A stretch of 64,000 bases of DNA from an uncultured Acidobacteriota bacterium (lineage in GTDB: Bacteria; Acidobacteriota; Terriglobia; Acidiferrales; UBA7541), in contig CAWHVA010000027.1 of assembly GCA_963832615.1 (NCBI GenBank), positions 165,985-229,984 of the forward strand, read 5' to 3'. Both the position numbers and the translations under genes were made by a program. This document shows, piece after piece, positions 60,811 to 64,000 of this stretch (positions within the stretch are counted from its first letter, which is position 1; each line of letters begins with the position of its first letter). A model generated the notes under the pieces. The model saw only the letters and a list, made by a program, of their open reading frames with translations. It did no database searches and had not been told where the DNA came from.

Positions 60811-63800
60811 GTGAAGGGACATTCTCATCCCCGTAATACCGGCGGCTTTCTGCATTTCATCAGCTGTGCGACGCTCCTGAAGATTCTGCCTTGCGCCATT
60901 CTAGTCCTGTGTCTTCCGTTTCTCGCGAGCGCGCAAGACACCGGCTCCATCAGCGGCACCGTTTCGGACAAGAGCGGCGCAGCCGTTGCCGGCGCCGAAA
61001 TCATCATCACCAGCACCGCCGGCAGCCTGACTCGCGCCACCGTCACGAACAGTGACGGCGCTTACGTCGCCGCCGGTTTGCCGGGCGCCAGCTACGACCT
61101 CAGCGTAACCGCCAAGGGCTTTCAGAAGTACACGGCCCACGGCGTGGTGTTGGACGTCGCGCAGAAAATCCGTGTGGACGTGCAGTTGACCGTCGGCTCC
61201 GTCTCCGAAGAAGTCGTCGTCACCGGCGAGAGCGTGGCTCAGGTCGAGACCGCCTCCTCGGAAATCAGCACCACGATCAGCGGCAAACAAGTCAACCAGT
61301 TGGAGCTGAATGGCCGCAATTTCACCCAGCTCGTGACCCTCACTCCCGGCGTCGTCAGCCAGACCATACCAGGACGAAGGCACCGTCGGCGTCCACGGTA
61401 ACGTCGCGTACAGCATGAATGGCGGCCGCACCGAGTACAACAACTGGGAGCTGGACGGCGGCGACAACATGGACAACGGCAGCAATTCCACGCTGAACGT
61501 CTATCCCAACATCGAAGCCATCGCCGAATTCAAGGTGTTGACCTCCACGTATGGCGCGCAGTATGGCCGCAACGGCTCCGGCACCATCGAAGTCGAGACC
61601 AAGTCCGGGGGCAGCTCCTTCCACGGCAGCGCCTTCGAATACCTGCGCAATGACTTCTTCAACGCCAAACCATGGGCATCCGGCGGCGAACCCGGCGACC
61701 CCAACCCGCCTTACAAGAAGCACGACTTCGGCTATACCGTCGGCGGCCCGGTATACATTCCGCACCACTACAACACCGACAAGAGAAAGACCTTCTTCTT
61801 CTTTTCTCAGGAATGGCGGAGAGAGAAGAACCCCAACGCGATTACGTCAAAACGTTCCATCTGTTGCCGAACGCGGCGGGAATTTTTCGGACCTGTGCCC
61901 CGGTCCCGATTGTCCTAACGTTCCAAATCCCGCGGCGGTGCCGATCAGCGCTGTTGGACAAGCCCTTGAGGCGCTTATCCCGATGCCCAACACCACCAAC
62001 GCCGGCTTCCCTTCGTTCGCTCAGACCGTTTCGCTTCCAACCACTTGGCGCGAAGAACTGGTCCGCGTCGATCACAACATTACCGACAACTACCGCTTGA
62101 CGTTCCGCTACATCCACGATTCCTGGTCAACCGTCGTACGCCAATCCTCTCTGGGGCAGTGGGAACTTCCAGCTTCAACAACATCAATACCAACTTCGTT
62201 GGCCCGGGCACGAGTTTTGTGGCGCGCCTTACCGCCAACGTGACGCCTACCCTATTGAATGAATTCGTCGCTAGCTACACCGCCGACCATATTTTCCTCA
62301 CCGCCTTGAATGCCCCAGCGTTTCCCGCCGGGTTTGCGATGGGCTCGCTCTTCGACAACGGCTTCGGCGGAAAGCTGCCTGCCATTCAGCTGCAATCCAA
62401 CACTGCCTATGGCGGTAGCTTCGGCCAGGACACCGGATACTTCCCCTGGAACAACGCCAATCCCACATACACCTATCGCGACAATGTGACCAAGATCGTC
62501 GGCACTCACACTTTCCAGTTCGGCGCCTATTTCGTCGCCGCGCAAAAAAATGAAGACAGTACGTCAATGTTCAGGGCCTGCTGACTTTCAACACCTCATC
62601 CCCTATCAGCACGGGTAATTCGTTCGCGGATTTGCTGATGGGAAATATCGCCAGCTACAAGCAGTCCAACGCTACCGTTAAGTATTACAACCGCTACAAG
62701 ATCTTCGAACCCTACTTCCAGGACGACTGGCGCGTCACCAAGAAATTCACCCTCAACCTCGGCTTGCGTGTGAGCCTTTTTGGAACCTACCGTGAGAAGT
62801 ATCAAGACGCCTTTAACTTCGAACCTACCGCCTTTGTTGCGGGCGCCTCTCCCGCGATCGACACACACGGAAACGTAACCGGCAGCGCAGGAGCCCTCGC
62901 ACCTGGTACCGGCAATCCGCTCAATGGCATTATCCAGTGCGGCGGCAAGGGAGGAACCTTCGTCGTCCCTGGTTTCTCGGCGGCCACCGTCGGCCCATCT
63001 TCTAACGCCGGCTGTTTGTCGGGCCACCTTTTCAATCCCGCTCCGCGCCTGGGCTTCGCGTGGGACCCCAAGGGTGACGGCAAGATGGCCATCCGCGGCG
63101 GCTATGGCGTCTTCTTCGAACACACCAACGGCAACGAAGGCAATACCGAATCTCTGGAAGGTTCGCCGCCGGTGCGCCCTCACCTCATCGCAGGTTAACG
63201 TCGTGGGATACGGCAACATCGGTGGCGGCGGGTTGCTCTTTCCGTTGTCCGTTAATTCCATTCCCAACAAGGCCATCTGGCCCTACGTGCAGCAGTGGAA
63301 CCTCAACGTGCAGAAGGAACTCCCGTCTCACGTAGTTCTTTCCGTCGCGTACGTGGGCAGCAAAGGCACTCACCTTACCCTGCTTAGTAACCCGAACCAA
63401 CTCGTGCCGGTACCCGCGGGCAGCAACCCGTACCCGGCAGGGACGCCCATTGTCGGCGCCGGATTGCGCAAACTTTACCACCAACGCCAGCCGGTCTCCC
63501 CACTGCCGCCACGCTGGGTAACGGCACTCCCGTGCCAGCCGCAGCGGTGCCAAATCTGTGGGTCGCCTGCGGCAACAGTGCTGACGCGCTCCGGACCTTC
63601 TTCCCGGGCTTCAGCAACATCACGCAGCTCAAGGATCAAGCTAACTCCATCTACCACGCCCTCCAGGTCTCCGCACAACGCACCGTGGGAGATCTGACCC
63701 TGAGTATGGCGTATACCTACAGCCATTCGATCGACGATTCGTCCGACCGCTCCGACACCGCGTTCGTGAATTCCTTTGACCCCGCCGCGAATCGGGCCAG

Positions 63801-64000
63801 CTCCACTTTCGACTTGCGTCATAACTTTTCCGTCAGCTACGTCTACGGCTTGCCTTTCTTTAAGGGATCAGGCCTGACGCACACTCTACTTGGCGGCTGG
63901 CAGATTTCCGGCATCACCGTCGCCCAGTCGGGTCTTCCCTTCACCGTGACCAATGGGACCACGTACTCCGACAACGCCGGCACCGGGAACGGTGTCAGCA
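60811..64000 (+). CDS. TonB-dependent receptor (Oar-like, carboxypeptidase-regulatory-like N-domain), frameshifted, runs off window
   Basis: GSISGTVSD.SGA, LNGRNFTQL..L.PGV, AIAEFKV.TS.YGAQYG, KSG...FHGSAFEYLRND, YFQDDWRV..K.TLNLGLR, APRLGFAWD, YVQQWNL.VQ; GGAGG RBS before GTG 60811. Confidence 0.92.

Overview
A GC-rich bacterial chromosome segment whose gene content points to Acidobacteriota: an ADOP-type permease, an Oar-type TonB receptor, an FG-GAP/ASPIC-UnbV protein and many REP-like palindromes. Bases ~1-11,860 look like the right part of a genomic island ending in a 3'-half tRNA-Arg(TCT) fragment (att-like). It holds one intact and one decayed tyrosine-recombinase/IS91-type element plus several truncated genes. 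Next comes a divergent five-gene locus (11.9-19.5 kb): secreted CsgG/TolB-N-like protein, M48-TPR metalloprotease, exported caspase-family protease, CHASE2 adenylate cyclase and DUF928-like TPR protein. This is the best candidate for an undescribed periplasmic protease-to-cAMP signalling system. The rest contains a Rieske oxygenase coupled to mmsA, glk-zwf-HAD with a degenerate PGI-like gene, YggX, an ATP-grasp plus CCAEP-tail radical SAM pair, an ECF42-type sigma/DGPF module with two matching promoters, acnA, lgt, CocE, a B3 metallo-beta-lactamase, speB, a multicopper oxidase, a phospholipase C, a BamA-like protein, PPK2, and a TonB receptor/TPR/amidase/ASPIC cluster. Many genes carry single-base frameshifts, densest after ~54 kb, most likely read or assembly indels. 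No CRISPR array, rRNA or complete tRNA was seen. All family calls come from motif recognition by eye, not database searches.
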